Below, one piece after another: positions 8,119 to 17,140 of a stretch of 64,000 nucleotides of DNA (its first letter is position 1; each line of letters opens with the position of its first letter). The notes beneath the pieces were generated by a model that did no database searches, was not told the origin of the DNA, and saw only the letters and a list, made by a program, of their open reading frames with translations. Origin of the DNA: an uncultured Acidobacteriota bacterium (lineage in GTDB: Bacteria; Acidobacteriota; Thermoanaerobaculia; Multivoradales; SZUA-115). The stretch spans positions 448,001-512,000 of the forward strand of contig CAWDVR010000004.1 in assembly GCA_963805975.1 (NCBI GenBank), written 5' to 3'. The position numbers and the translations under genes are program-made.

Positions 8119-11115
8119 CTACTGCGTCACAACGAAGCTCTGCGTGCTGGTGGCGGAGCCGGCACTGGTCGTGACCCGGATCGGCCCCGAGGTTGCCCCG
8201 GCCGGCACTTCGGCGGAGAGGAAGTTCGGGCCCGCGAAGAGCACGAACGGTGAAGCCACGCCGTTGAAGAAGACCTGGGACGGGTCTTGGAAGTTGGCGC
8301 CCTGGATGGTGATGCGATCACCGGGCCGGCCGCTCGGCGGGTTGAAGAGGGCGATCGACGGCCCGCCGCCGGCCGGTGTGACCGTGAACGGCGTGAAGCT
8401 CGCGCCCGTGCCGCTCGCGTTGGTGACCCGGATGGGCCCGGTGGTGGCGCCGTTAGGGACGGTGGCGAGCAGGTTGCCGTTGGGGAGCCTGGGGAAGGAG
8501 GCTGACGGCACGTTGTTGAAGGTCACCGCGGTCACGCCGGTGAAGTTGAGGCCGAGGATCTCGACCTGGGTGCCGAACGGGCCGGAGAACGGGCTGAAAC
8601 CGTTGACCACCGGGGTGCCGGCGCCCACCGCGGTCACGATGAGCGAGACCGGCACGGTCACCACCGGCGCACCCGGCGCGGTCACCGTGATCGTGGCGCT
8701 GTAGCTGCCCGCGGCGAGACCGGCGACGTTGATCGAGACGTTGGTGGCACCAGGGGTGGTGCCGGCAGCCTGCGACAGGTTCACGAAGGCGGAGTTGTCG
8801 GACACAGACCAACTGAGCGGCGCGGCGCTGGAGCCGATCTGCAGCACCTGCACGGCCGGCGCCGGCCCGCCCTGGGGAGCCGTGAAGCTGAGGCTCGGAG
8901 GAGAGACCGTGAGGCTGCCGGCCGGGGGCGGTGGGGAGGTGAGGGTCAGCGAGACCGGCACGGTCACGTTCGGCGAGCCGGACGCCGCCAGCGTGATCGC
9001 GGCGTTGTACGTGCCGGGGACGAGGCCGGCGATGTTGACCGACGCGGTCAGGGCGCCGGGAGTGGTCCCCGAGGCCGGGTTGAGGGTCAGCCAGGACGCG
9101 TTCTCCGTGGCGCTCCAGCCGAGGACCGAGCCCGTGCTGCCGATGGTCACGGCGCGCGGTGCCGGGTTGGCCCCGCCGGGGACGGCGGAAAAGGAGAGTG
9201 AGACGGGGCTGGTGGTGAGGTTGCCGGCCAGCGGTGGCGGTGGCGGCGGCGCGGGCGGGCGCACGACGGTGAAGGCCCCGCTGTCGCCCATCACCACCAC
9301 CTGGCCGGCGGAATTCTTGGCGATCACCCGCAGCTTCGCGCTCGCCATCGAGCCCGACGGAGTGGGGACCACGAAGTTGAGCGACCGCTGCCCAGCCGGC
9401 AGGTTCTTGCCGTTGAACAGATCCTGCCAGGTCCCGCCGTCGAAAGAGATCTGCACGTCCTGCGAGCTGATGGCCGCGGTGCTCCCGGCAATGCTCCACG
9501 CCGCCATCGCAGCCTGACCCGAGGTCAGCGTCGAGCCGCCAGCCGGCGCGGTGACCGCGATCGGCGGCCGCCGCACCTCGATGGTGACCGTCAGCGGCTC
9601 GATCTCGTAGTCGTCGCTGTCGGCGCCGATCATGTAGTTGAAATCGCCGTCCCGGGCGTCCGAATCGGCGGTGATCTCGATCCGGGCGAGGTTGCCCAGA
9701 CCCGGCTGCAGGGTGAACATGTGGTTCAAGTCCTGGGGGTCGACGGTCGTCAGCTCGACCTCGCCCGTGTAGCCGGGAGAGCAGCCGAACACCGTGCCGC
9801 GGTCGAGGTTGAGGAGGAAGTCCGTCATCATGCCGGGCTCGACCTGCGGGTTGGCGGCGAGGTTGGTGCTGAGCGTCAGCCGCGGGGGAGCGGCCTTCAC
9901 TTTCAGGCTGGCGGTTTCCTGGTCGGTCACGGTGCGGCCGTTGACCGTCACGCTCCCCTCCACGGTGAGCTGGTAGGTCTGCTCGGCGGCGGCGGGCGGC
10001 ACTTCGACCTGCAGCTCGGAGGGCACCTCGCTGCTGGCTTCCGTGATCGCCACCGAGGCCGGCGTGAAGCCGACGCTCATCGTGTTGGGCAGGGCCGGGT
10101 TCGACCCGGACAGGCGAAGGTTCACCGTTCCCTGGAAGTTGGCGGGGAAGTTGATCGGCGTGACCTTGAGGCCGAAGCGCGCACAGGTCGAGCGCCGGGC
10201 GTCGAGCGAGCCGGGCTCGATGGTGATCGCCAGCCGCTCGGCCTGGGGCACGGGAAGCACCGCCAGGTTGACGGTGGCCGAGACCTTGTCGGCATCGGGG
10301 GCGACCAGCGACGGCGACACGGTGAACGAGAAGGGGCCGGCGGGCGTTGTCGGCTGCGTCCGGACGAGGAGCACGGCGGTGTGCTGGTCGTCGGGGTTCG
10401 CCGAGGCCGGAATGGTGCGCGGGGTCAGCTCGGCGTTCTGGAGGGCGGCGGGCACCGTGAGGTTGAGCGTGATCGGCCCGAGGTAGCCGCTACGCTTCAC
10501 GACGACGTTATAGGTGGCAGTGGTTCCTGCCGGTACGACCAGCGAGCCCGGCGTGGCCGAGACCTCCACCCGGGGCTTGGCGATGGCCAGCCGCACGCCG
10601 CCGACCCGCTCCTGGACGGGCACGCAGATCGCGCACCTGCCGATGAGGTCGAATCTGTAGGTGTTGGGCGGCGTGTCGAACTGCGAGGTGAGCGTCACCG
10701 TGTACTTGCCGCAGTCGCCCGTGTCTCCGGGGCCGCAGGTGCGGATCTCTCCTTCGGCGCAGGCCCGCGCCTTCCGCTTGGGCGTGATGGTGCCGGTGAG
10801 CCTGGCGTTGAGCCCTGCCGGGTCCGGGCTCAGCCGGACCGTGACGCAGGTGGCCTCCAGGACGCCTCCCCGCTCCACGCCCACGAAGCGCTCGAAGGTC
10901 GCCGGCTGGCCCCCGGGAATGGGCTGGACGAGCTGCGGCCCGATGTCCGGGTCGCCGACCAGTCGGATGGCACCCGTGCCTCCTCCGCCCGGAGGCTGGG
11001 GCACGGGCTTCTGGGGCTGGACCTGCGCCCAGCAGAGTGCCGAAGTGAGAAAGACGGCGAGCCAGATCAGGGCGGCTGCCCGGAGAGCCCGGGCGCCGGG
11101 GGTGCTGTGTTGCAT
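8119..11115 (-). CDS. Large secreted/surface protein with Ig-like domains, two BACON-like repeats and two C-terminal IPT/TIG domains
   Basis: Signal peptide (ALCWA-Q); repeated LTxSPxSLSFxA...WS...WLTL...SGTTP...SVNxAGL units; FSPxSGxxGTQVxIxGxNF...VPxGATxGPIxVT TIG units; GAGAGGAG RBS. Confidence 0.8.
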   Translation of the reverse strand: MQHSTPGARALRAAALIWLAVFLTSALCWAQVQPQKPVPQPPGGGGTGAIRLVGDPDIGPQLVQPIPGGQPATFERFVGVERGGVLEATCVTVRLSPDPAGLNARLTGTITPKRKARACAEGEIRTCGPGDTGDCGKYTVTLTSQFDTPPNTYRFDLIGRCAICVPVQERVGGVRLAIAKPRVEVSATPGSLVVPAGTTATYNVVVKRSGYLGPITLNLTVPAALQNAELTPRTIPASANPDDQHTAVLLVRTQPTTPAGPFSFTVSPSLVAPDADKVSATVNLAVLPVPQAERLAITIEPGSLDARRSTCARFGLKVTPINFPANFQGTVNLRLSGSNPALPNTMSVGFTPASVAITEASSEVPSELQVEVPPAAAEQTYQLTVEGSVTVNGRTVTDQETASLKVKAAPPRLTLSTNLAANPQVEPGMMTDFLLNLDRGTVFGCSPGYTGEVELTTVDPQDLNHMFTLQPGLGNLARIEITADSDARDGDFNYMIGADSDDYEIEPLTVTIEVRRPPIAVTAPAGGSTLTSGQAAMAAWSIAGSTAAISSQDVQISFDGGTWQDLFNGKNLPAGQRSLNFVVPTPSGSMASAKLRVIAKNSAGQVVVMGDSGAFTVVRPPAPPPPPPLAGNLTTSPVSLSFSAVPGGANPAPRAVTIGSTGSVLGWSATENASWLTLNPASGTTPGALTASVNIAGLVPGTYNAAITLAASGSPNVTVPVSLTLTSPPPPAGSLTVSPPSLSFTAPQGGPAPAVQVLQIGSSAAPLSWSVSDNSAFVNLSQAAGTTPGATNVSINVAGLAAGSYSATITVTAPGAPVVTVPVSLIVTAVGAGTPVVNGFSPFSGPFGTQVEILGLNFTGVTAVTFNNVPSASFPRLPNGNLLATVPNGATTGPIRVTNASGTGASFTPFTVTPAGGGPSIALFNPPSGRPGDRITIQGANFQDPSQVFFNGVASPFVLFAGPNFLSAEVPAGATSGPIRVTTSAGSATSTQSFVVTQ

Positions 11116-11233
11116 GGCAATGCTCCTCTCATCCTCGAAAAAGGATCGGATTCGGCAGCGGGTCGAGCCCGCCGCCTTGGGTTCGGGAGAGGAGGTTCCG
11201 CGGGCTGGTGCTTTTGGTTAGGCGGGTGAGGCG

Positions 11234-11270
11234 AAAAAGAAACTCCCCGCCCGACACAGGAAGGGCGGGG
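11234..11270 (-). terminator. Rho-independent terminator after the 72-aa peptide gene
   Basis: CCCCGCCC/GGGCGGGG stem followed on the minus strand by TTTCTTTTT. Confidence 0.6.
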
Positions 11271-11286
11271 TGCAGGGCGGCTGCGC

Positions 11287-11505
11287 TCAGACCCGCGGCG
11301 GCGGGCCCGGGTCCGGCCAGGACTGCGAGCCCGGGCTGGGCTCGCTCATGATCCCGTCGTCGTTCTTGTCCGGCGGCGGCACGGCGACCGAGCTCGTGCG
11401 CCGCCCGAAGAGGCGGGCCAGGAACTGGAAGAGGCGATGCAGCAGGTTCGGACGAGCGGCGGAGTCGCGGGCCCCGGATGGACGCGGCCCAGAGAGAGTC
11501 GCCAT
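11287..11505 (-). CDS. 72-aa peptide downstream of the CHAT protease
   Basis: Strong RBS GAGGAAGGAG, ATG start, own terminator; fills the intergenic gap. Confidence 0.65.
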   Translation of the reverse strand: MATLSGPRPSGARDSAARPNLLHRLFQFLARLFGRRTSSVAVPPPDKNDDGIMSEPSPGSQSWPDPGPPPRV

Positions 11506-11565
11506 ATCTGCTCCTTCCTCGGGAGAGGTCTCCCGGTCCAGGCTTGAAGAGTGTGTTGCTCTACC

Positions 11566-14500
11566 CTACCGCCAATCGCCCTGGAGCACGAAGCCGGCCC
11601 AGTAGGAAGGCGAGCCCCAGGCCGGCACCTGCCGCAGCTCGGCCTGGGCCTGGCGGAGCGCCGCCGCGGCCGGCTTTCCCTCGGTGAGCAGCGCGCGGTA
11701 GAAGCCCTCCATCAGCTCGGCGGTCGCCCGGTCGTCCACGCGCCACAGGCTCACCAGCACGCGCTCGGCGCCGGCGGCCATGAAGCTCCGCGTCAGGCCC
11801 ACCAACCCCTCGCCGCGGACCTCCTTGCCCAGCGCGGTCTGGCAGGCGGAGAGCACCACCAGGTCGGCGTTGAGGCGCAGGCCGGCGATCTCGGGCGGCC
11901 CCAGGAAGCCGGGGCGCGGGCGGCCCTCGCGGTCGACCTGGGAGAGCACCAGCCCGGTGCGCTCCGGGTGCTCGCCGTCGAGCACGCCGTGGGTTGCGAA
12001 GTGGAGCAGGCGGTAGCGGCCGAGGGCACCGGAGAGGGCCGTATCGAGGTTGGCTTCCGGCCCCAGGGCGACGAGCGCCTGCCCGCGCGGCACCAGGGCG
12101 AGGACCGCGGCGGCCTCCTGGCGCGAGAAGGCGAGGCGCGGGAGATCGGGACCGAAGACCGGGTCGGCGAACATCGCGAGCGCGGCCGGTGCCGGCGGCC
12201 GAAGGCCGAGCTCGCGCCGCAGCAGCGCCAGCGACGAGGCGGAGGGCAGGGTGACGATCTCGTGCGCGGCGAGGAGCGGCGCCGTGCCGCCCGGCTCGGG
12301 CAGGGCGGCGAAGGGCAGGTAGTGGAGGGCGCCGTCCGGCACCACCAGCAGTCGTTTGCCCCCGGCGTGGCGACCTGCCAGAAGCTGCGCCGCCGGCGCG
12401 AGCAGCAGGCGGCTGAGCTCCGCCGTCGCCAGCTCGGCCCCGGCCCTGGCGGCGCGCCGGTGGCTGGCGGCGAGGAGGGTGTGCGCCTCGCGGGCCAGCG
12501 CCTCGATCTCGGCCCGGCCCGGCAGCTCGAAGCTCCGCACGATGGTGGGAGTCACCGCCCAGAGGAAGCTCCGTTCGGCGCCCAGGGCATACTCGAGAAG
12601 CAGAGTGTCGTCGTCGAGCACCTCGCTCTGCAGCTCCTCGACCGAGAGTGGTCGCGGCGTGGCGAGGGCGGCGTAGCCGGGGTGCGCGAGGCGGGTTTGC
12701 ACCTCCGTGCGCCGCCGGCCCGCGGGCGCGCCGCCGCCCGTCTCGGCCAGGGTGTCGAGCAGGCTCCGAGCGCGGGCCCGTTCCGCCACGGCCAGTGCGG
12801 CGCGGTCGTGGCCCCGGCCGGGACGCCGGCGGTCGAGGTCCATCAGCAGGCCGATCAGCTCTTCGTAATAGCTCTGCCGCGAGGCCTGGTAGGACATGCG
12901 AAGGCCGGCGCTCAGAGGCTCCTCGCGCTGGGCCTCGATCCCCTGCACGGCAAGCTCGAGGCTCTCCCTCGCGCCGTCGAGATCTCCCGACCGCGCGAGC
13001 GCCCGGCCCAGCCCCAGGCGGGCGCTCGACTCGGAGCCCCGCTCGCCGGTGGCAGCGGCGAGCGGCAGGGCGAGGCGGAAAAGGCGCGCCGCCTCGGCAG
13101 GTTCGCCGCGGGCGTCCGCCAGCCAGCCGAGGTTGACGAGCACCGTGCCCTCGGCGCGGCGATCTCCCAGCTCACTCGCGAGCGCCAGCGCCTGGCGGTA
13201 GCAGAGGCCGGCCTCCTCGAGGTGGCCCAGGCGCCGATGGGCGAAGCCCAGGTAGGCGAGCATCACCCCCTCTTCGCGCCGGTCGCCCGCCTGACGCTGG
13301 AGAGTGAGCGCCTCTTCGAGATCGGCCACGGCGCCGGGGTCGCCGAGCGCGGTGCGCGCCGCGCCCACCCGGCTCAAGACCACGGCCAGAGGCCCGCGCT
13401 CTCCTCTCTCGCGCAGCCCCGGGAGGGCCTGGAGGAAGAGCTCGAGGGCGGCCCCGGGCTCGCCGAACGAGAAGTAGACCCAGCCCTGGCTCGAGAGCGT
13501 CAGGCCCTCCTCCCGCCGGGCCCCGAGCTCGCGCCAGAGGGCCAGCGCCTGCTCGAAGCAGGCGAGCGCCTCCTCGGCCTCGCCGAGCGAGGTGAAGGCG
13601 TCGCCGAGGTCCACGAGCGTGGCGGCCTCGCTCCAGCGCTCGGCCGTGGCGCGGTGAAGGGAGAGCGCCCGGGCGTAGCTCGCGATCGCCTCGTGCGTCG
13701 CTCCGCGCCGTTGGGCGATCCCGCCCAGGCTGTGGAGAGTGTTTCCGGCGCGACGGTCCTCGCCCGCGGCCTCGAATCGCGCCAGCGCGCGGCGGAGCGA
13801 CCCGGCCGCCGGTTCGAGCGTGCCCGCCGCCGCGTGGCTCAGGGCGCGGTAGAAATCCACGTCGCCGCGCCGCGTGCTCTCGCCCAGCTCCGTCAGCCGC
13901 TCGTCCGCCTGGGTGTAGAGCGACAGCGCGTGGGAGAGCCCCGCTCCGCCCTGGCGCCGCGCCTTCTCAGCCGCCGCCAGCACGTCCTCGGCGGCGGAGC
14001 GACGGCGATCGTCCTCCGTCGCCGGGCGCAGAGCCGCGAGCTCCAGTCGGTAGCGGCCGGCCGGCGCTCCCGGGGTCGGCGAGCGGATCTCGATGCGATA
14101 GGCGCCTGAGACCTCCGCAGCCAGCGGCAGCGGCTCGCGGCCGGTGTTGCCGTTCGGGCTGTCGACGACCCGCCGCCGCTCCCCGTTCGGCCCGAAGAGC
14201 GCCACCTCCACGTCGATCCCCTGCTGCTCCACCGCCAGGTCCGCCATCTCGCCGGCCGCGAGGTCCAGCCGGTAAGAATGAGCCTCGCCCCCGGCGAGCC
14301 CGGCCTCGACCAGCGTGCCGGTCTGCCGCGGGAGGGCGGTCGCCTGGTTCTCTGTGCTTTCGGGTATCGGGGGAGCCGGAGAGCAGCCGACAACGACAGT
14401 CAGCCAGAAGGCAGTACCGAACCTCGCGAGGAAAGCTGGATTCGCACTCGCCTTCCAAGGTGCTCTCCGCGGGGGCGCTGCGGGCGCGAGGGCAGCTCTC

Positions 14501-14613
14501 CTGCGAGGAGCGCAGGCCACCCGGCAGGGAGCTCGAGCACCGCAGCGGGAGAGTGCCCTCGCCCAAGCCCGCAGCAGGATGGGTCCGCTCCGGCGACGCT
14601 GCTGCAACTTCAA
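11566..14613 (-). CDS. TPR-CHAT (caspase-like) protease, probable lipoprotein with an N-terminal PPC-like beta domain
   Basis: LHFATHG and VLSACQT dyad motifs, SLWRVDD, WAGFVLQGDW C-terminus, many TPRs, VVVGC lipobox-like motif. TTG start at 14613 overlaps the anti-sigma stop (start uncertain). Confidence 0.9.
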   Translation of the reverse strand: MKLQQRRRSGPILLRAWARALSRCGARAPCRVACAPRRRAALAPAAPPRRAPWKASANPAFLARFGTAFWLTVVVGCSPAPPIPESTENQATALPRQTGTLVEAGLAGGEAHSYRLDLAAGEMADLAVEQQGIDVEVALFGPNGERRRVVDSPNGNTGREPLPLAAEVSGAYRIEIRSPTPGAPAGRYRLELAALRPATEDDRRRSAAEDVLAAAEKARRQGGAGLSHALSLYTQADERLTELGESTRRGDVDFYRALSHAAAGTLEPAAGSLRRALARFEAAGEDRRAGNTLHSLGGIAQRRGATHEAIASYARALSLHRATAERWSEAATLVDLGDAFTSLGEAEEALACFEQALALWRELGARREEGLTLSSQGWVYFSFGEPGAALELFLQALPGLRERGERGPLAVVLSRVGAARTALGDPGAVADLEEALTLQRQAGDRREEGVMLAYLGFAHRRLGHLEEAGLCYRQALALASELGDRRAEGTVLVNLGWLADARGEPAEAARLFRLALPLAAATGERGSESSARLGLGRALARSGDLDGARESLELAVQGIEAQREEPLSAGLRMSYQASRQSYYEELIGLLMDLDRRRPGRGHDRAALAVAERARARSLLDTLAETGGGAPAGRRRTEVQTRLAHPGYAALATPRPLSVEELQSEVLDDDTLLLEYALGAERSFLWAVTPTIVRSFELPGRAEIEALAREAHTLLAASHRRAARAGAELATAELSRLLLAPAAQLLAGRHAGGKRLLVVPDGALHYLPFAALPEPGGTAPLLAAHEIVTLPSASSLALLRRELGLRPPAPAALAMFADPVFGPDLPRLAFSRQEAAAVLALVPRGQALVALGPEANLDTALSGALGRYRLLHFATHGVLDGEHPERTGLVLSQVDREGRPRPGFLGPPEIAGLRLNADLVVLSACQTALGKEVRGEGLVGLTRSFMAAGAERVLVSLWRVDDRATAELMEGFYRALLTEGKPAAAALRQAQAELRQVPAWGSPSYWAGFVLQGDWR
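14477..14575. repeat. About 100-bp imperfect palindrome inside the 5' end of the CHAT gene
   Basis: GCTGCGGGC-GCGAGGGCA-GCTCTCC-TGCG ... CGCAG-CGGGAGAG-TGCCCTCGC-CCAA-GCCCGCAGC. Confidence 0.6.
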
Positions 14614-15404
14614 CGCGCCGGCCCGGGCCGCGGGTCGTCCACGATCCTCAGCGGGTACTCCTCGACCAGCTTCTCCTCTCCCGCTGCGGTGGCCAGGAGC
14701 CGCACCCGCACCTCGCCGTTCCCGGCCAGGCTCCTCGGCAGGGTCAGCGTGAAGGAGCCGAACGCGTTCTTGCGCAGCCCCTCGCCCTGCCACGCGAGGC
14801 CGCCGTCCGCCCGCCGCACCTCCACCCGGTAGGTGGCGTCGTCCGGGCTGCCGGGTGCGTTCAAGACCAGCGAGAGCCACCGCACGGCGGGCGCCAGCGC
14901 CAGCTCCCCTCGCTCCTCGGGCTCGCTCCGTGCTGCGCTCTGCGGATAGAGATCGAAGATCGGCGCGTTGACCTGCGGCCGGGAGAGGTCCGCAACCGTT
15001 CGCCGGAGCGACCCCACCCAGACCGAGAGCCCGAGCACCGCCGCTGCGAGCGACGCCGCCAGCGCGAGCGGCCAGCGCGGCGCCGGGGCTGCGCGGCGGC
15101 CGGCGACCGGCACGACTCGGCCTTCCGATCGAAGCTTCGGGGAGAGCGATTGCCAGGCGCCGTCGATCTCCGCCTGCTCCGCGGCCGACTCCGCCGGGCG
15201 CGGCGCGAAGCTCGCGGCTTCCTCGGCCAGCATCATGCAGTCCGGGCAGAGCGCCAGGTGCGCGCGCAGCAGATCGGCGTCCTCGCCGCCGAGCCGACCC
15301 GCCGCGAACCCGGCCAGCACCGCGGGCTCAGGGTGCGGCCCTCGCTGCGCCTCCTCGGCGAGCGTGCGGATCACCATCTCGACCTCCTTGCCGGCCTCGC
15401 TCAC
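14610..15404 (-). CDS. Zinc-finger (HxxxCxxC) membrane anti-sigma factor
   Basis: HLALCPDC, TM helix WPLALAASLAAAVLGLSVW, extracytoplasmic C-terminal domain; coupled to the sigma gene. Confidence 0.85.
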   Translation of the reverse strand: MSEAGKEVEMVIRTLAEEAQRGPHPEPAVLAGFAAGRLGGEDADLLRAHLALCPDCMMLAEEAASFAPRPAESAAEQAEIDGAWQSLSPKLRSEGRVVPVAGRRAAPAPRWPLALAASLAAAVLGLSVWVGSLRRTVADLSRPQVNAPIFDLYPQSAARSEPEERGELALAPAVRWLSLVLNAPGSPDDATYRVEVRRADGGLAWQGEGLRKNAFGSFTLTLPRSLAGNGEVRVRLLATAAGEEKLVEEYPLRIVDDPRPGPAR

Positions 15405-16039
15405 GCCTCCTCCTCACGGACATCGGGCAGGAAGTACTCGCCCAGCTCGTTCCGCAGGCGCTGGCGGGCCTGGAACAGGTGCGCCTTCACGGTGTCGATC
15501 GAGAGCCTGAGCCGGCCCGCCACCTCACGGTACTTGAGGTCGTGGTAGACGCGCAGCACCAGGCACGCCCGCATCTGCGGCGGCAGGCCCTCGACCGCCT
15601 GGCGCAGCAGGCGGGCGCGCTCCCGCGTCAGGCTGTCACCCTCGGGCGCTGCCGTCACCGCCGGCAGCTCGGCGGCCGGTCCGCCTTCCTCCTCGACGCC
15701 GCCGTCGAGCGGCACTTCCCGGCCGCGCCGCGAGCCCGCCTCCCGATGGCGCAGGCGCTTGCGGTAGACGTTGGCCGCCACGGCGAACAGCCAGGCGTCG
15801 AAAGGCGCATCGCGCCGGAACGACCCCATACCCCGGAAGATCCCGAGGAACGTCTCTTGGGTTAGATCCTGGCAGTCGGCAGGCGGGAAGCCGCGGCGCG
15901 CGAAGAAGTCGCGTACCGGGCGGTAGTAGAGGCCGAAGAGCCGTTCGTAGACCTCCTCGGCCGGCCGCCCGGCCGCTAGCGCGTCCAGCAGAGAGTCGAC
16001 CAGCGCGTCGTCGTCGCGCGTCGCGGTTCGGGTGGTCAC
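15401..16039 (-). CDS. ECF sigma factor
   Basis: DLTQETF...WLFAVAANV region 2; LKYREVA...TVKAHLFQARQRL region 4; GTG start inferred. Confidence 0.9.
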   Translation of the reverse strand: MTTRTATRDDDALVDSLLDALAAGRPAEEVYERLFGLYYRPVRDFFARRGFPPADCQDLTQETFLGIFRGMGSFRRDAPFDAWLFAVAANVYRKRLRHREAGSRRGREVPLDGGVEEEGGPAAELPAVTAAPEGDSLTRERARLLRQAVEGLPPQMRACLVLRVYHDLKYREVAGRLRLSIDTVKAHLFQARQRLRNELGEYFLPDVREEEA

Positions 16040-16090
16040 GAGAGGGAGTACCGGCGGAGAGTGTACCCCGTCGACCCGGTGGCAATGGAA

Positions 16091-16207
16091 CCGGATGGAT
16101 TCCCGCTTTCGCGGGAATGACAGAGCTTCGTCTCGCAGCGCCACGTGCTACCACGTGCCAGCCGCTGCCAGCCTCCGTCGTTCCCGCGGAAGCGGGAATC
16201 CATCCGG
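16091..16207. repeat. Inverted doublet of REP-like palindromes (GTCATTCCCGCGAAAGCGGGAATCCA type)
   Basis: Copies at 16091-16121 and 16177-16207 in opposite orientation, each with a TTCCCGC-N4-GCGGGAA hairpin. Confidence 0.8.
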
Positions 16208-16228
16208 CTACAGACGGTGAGGACGAGC

Positions 16229-17140
16229 CTACCCCTGCGCTGCCAGAAGCTGCGGCAACAGGCTCCCACCCCCGCCCGCGGGCACCAGCGTGACCCTGCT
16301 CTTGCTCTCGAGCAGCCGCTCCATCTCCAGCACCTCGAACATCACCGCCAGCACCTCCGGATCGCGGGCGATCAGCTCGAGCGCCGCGCCCACGATCCGC
16401 GGCCGCAGGGCCGCGGCCTTGGCAAACTCCACCGCCGCCTTGCGCTCGGCCGTCGAGCTGATGACGTGCACCTGGTTGGCGCCGTCCTGGAGGATCGCCG
16501 AGGTGACCTGCCGCAGCCGGTTGACCACCTTCTCCTCGATCCCCTTGATCATCGCCGCATCGCGGAAATGGACTTTGCGGATGTAGACCGAGCCCAGCCG
16601 GTAGCCCCACTCGTGAGACTTGGGCGAGACCTCGGACCGCACCGTGCGGCTCATGGTGTGCCGGTTCTCGAGCATCGACGCGAGGTCGAGGTTCGACAGG
16701 CACCGCACCGTGGCGTTGCTGACGTTGGCGGCGAGCGAGCCGCGCGGGTCGGCGTTCTTGAACAGGTAGGACACCGGGTCCGAGATGTACATCTCGTACC
16801 AGATGCCGATGCCCATCGGTGCGCCTTCCTCGGAGTTCACCGGCTGGCTGCGCAGGTACTCCTGATCGAGCCGCATGTCGAGCACCTGGCAGCGGCCGAG
16901 CCAGCCGACCAGCAGGCCCTTCAACCCGAGCTCGAACCACAGGAAGTGGATGCCGGGCTCGTCCAGCACGCCGATCACCTTGCCGAACAGCACGTACACG
17001 CGGCAGGTGCGCTCCTGGACGATCGTATAGAGACCCAGCATCCGCACGACGCCGAGCAGGATGGGCACCACCACCCAGGCGGCGAAGAACGTCACCACGG
17101 CGGTGAGCACGAGGATCGGGAGGCCGAGGAGAGGGTTCAC
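16229..17140 (-). CDS. SPFH/Band 7 domain membrane protein
   Basis: N-terminal TM, FGKVIGVLDEPGIHF, WGYRLGSVYIRKV, C-terminal coil; GTG start overlaps the upstream stop. Confidence 0.8.
   Translation of the reverse strand: MNPLLGLPILVLTAVVTFFAAWVVVPILLGVVRMLGLYTIVQERTCRVYVLFGKVIGVLDEPGIHFLWFELGLKGLLVGWLGRCQVLDMRLDQEYLRSQPVNSEEGAPMGIGIWYEMYISDPVSYLFKNADPRGSLAANVSNATVRCLSNLDLASMLENRHTMSRTVRSEVSPKSHEWGYRLGSVYIRKVHFRDAAMIKGIEEKVVNRLRQVTSAILQDGANQVHVISSTAERKAAVEFAKAAALRPRIVGAALELIARDPEVLAVMFEVLEMERLLESKSRVTLVPAGGGGSLLPQLLAAQG

Noticed and set aside
11566-16207. Type III-E CRISPR (Craspase) interpretation of TPR-CHAT plus sigma
   Set aside because: No cas genes and no repeat-spacer array seen in the window; nearby repeats are REP-like doublets.
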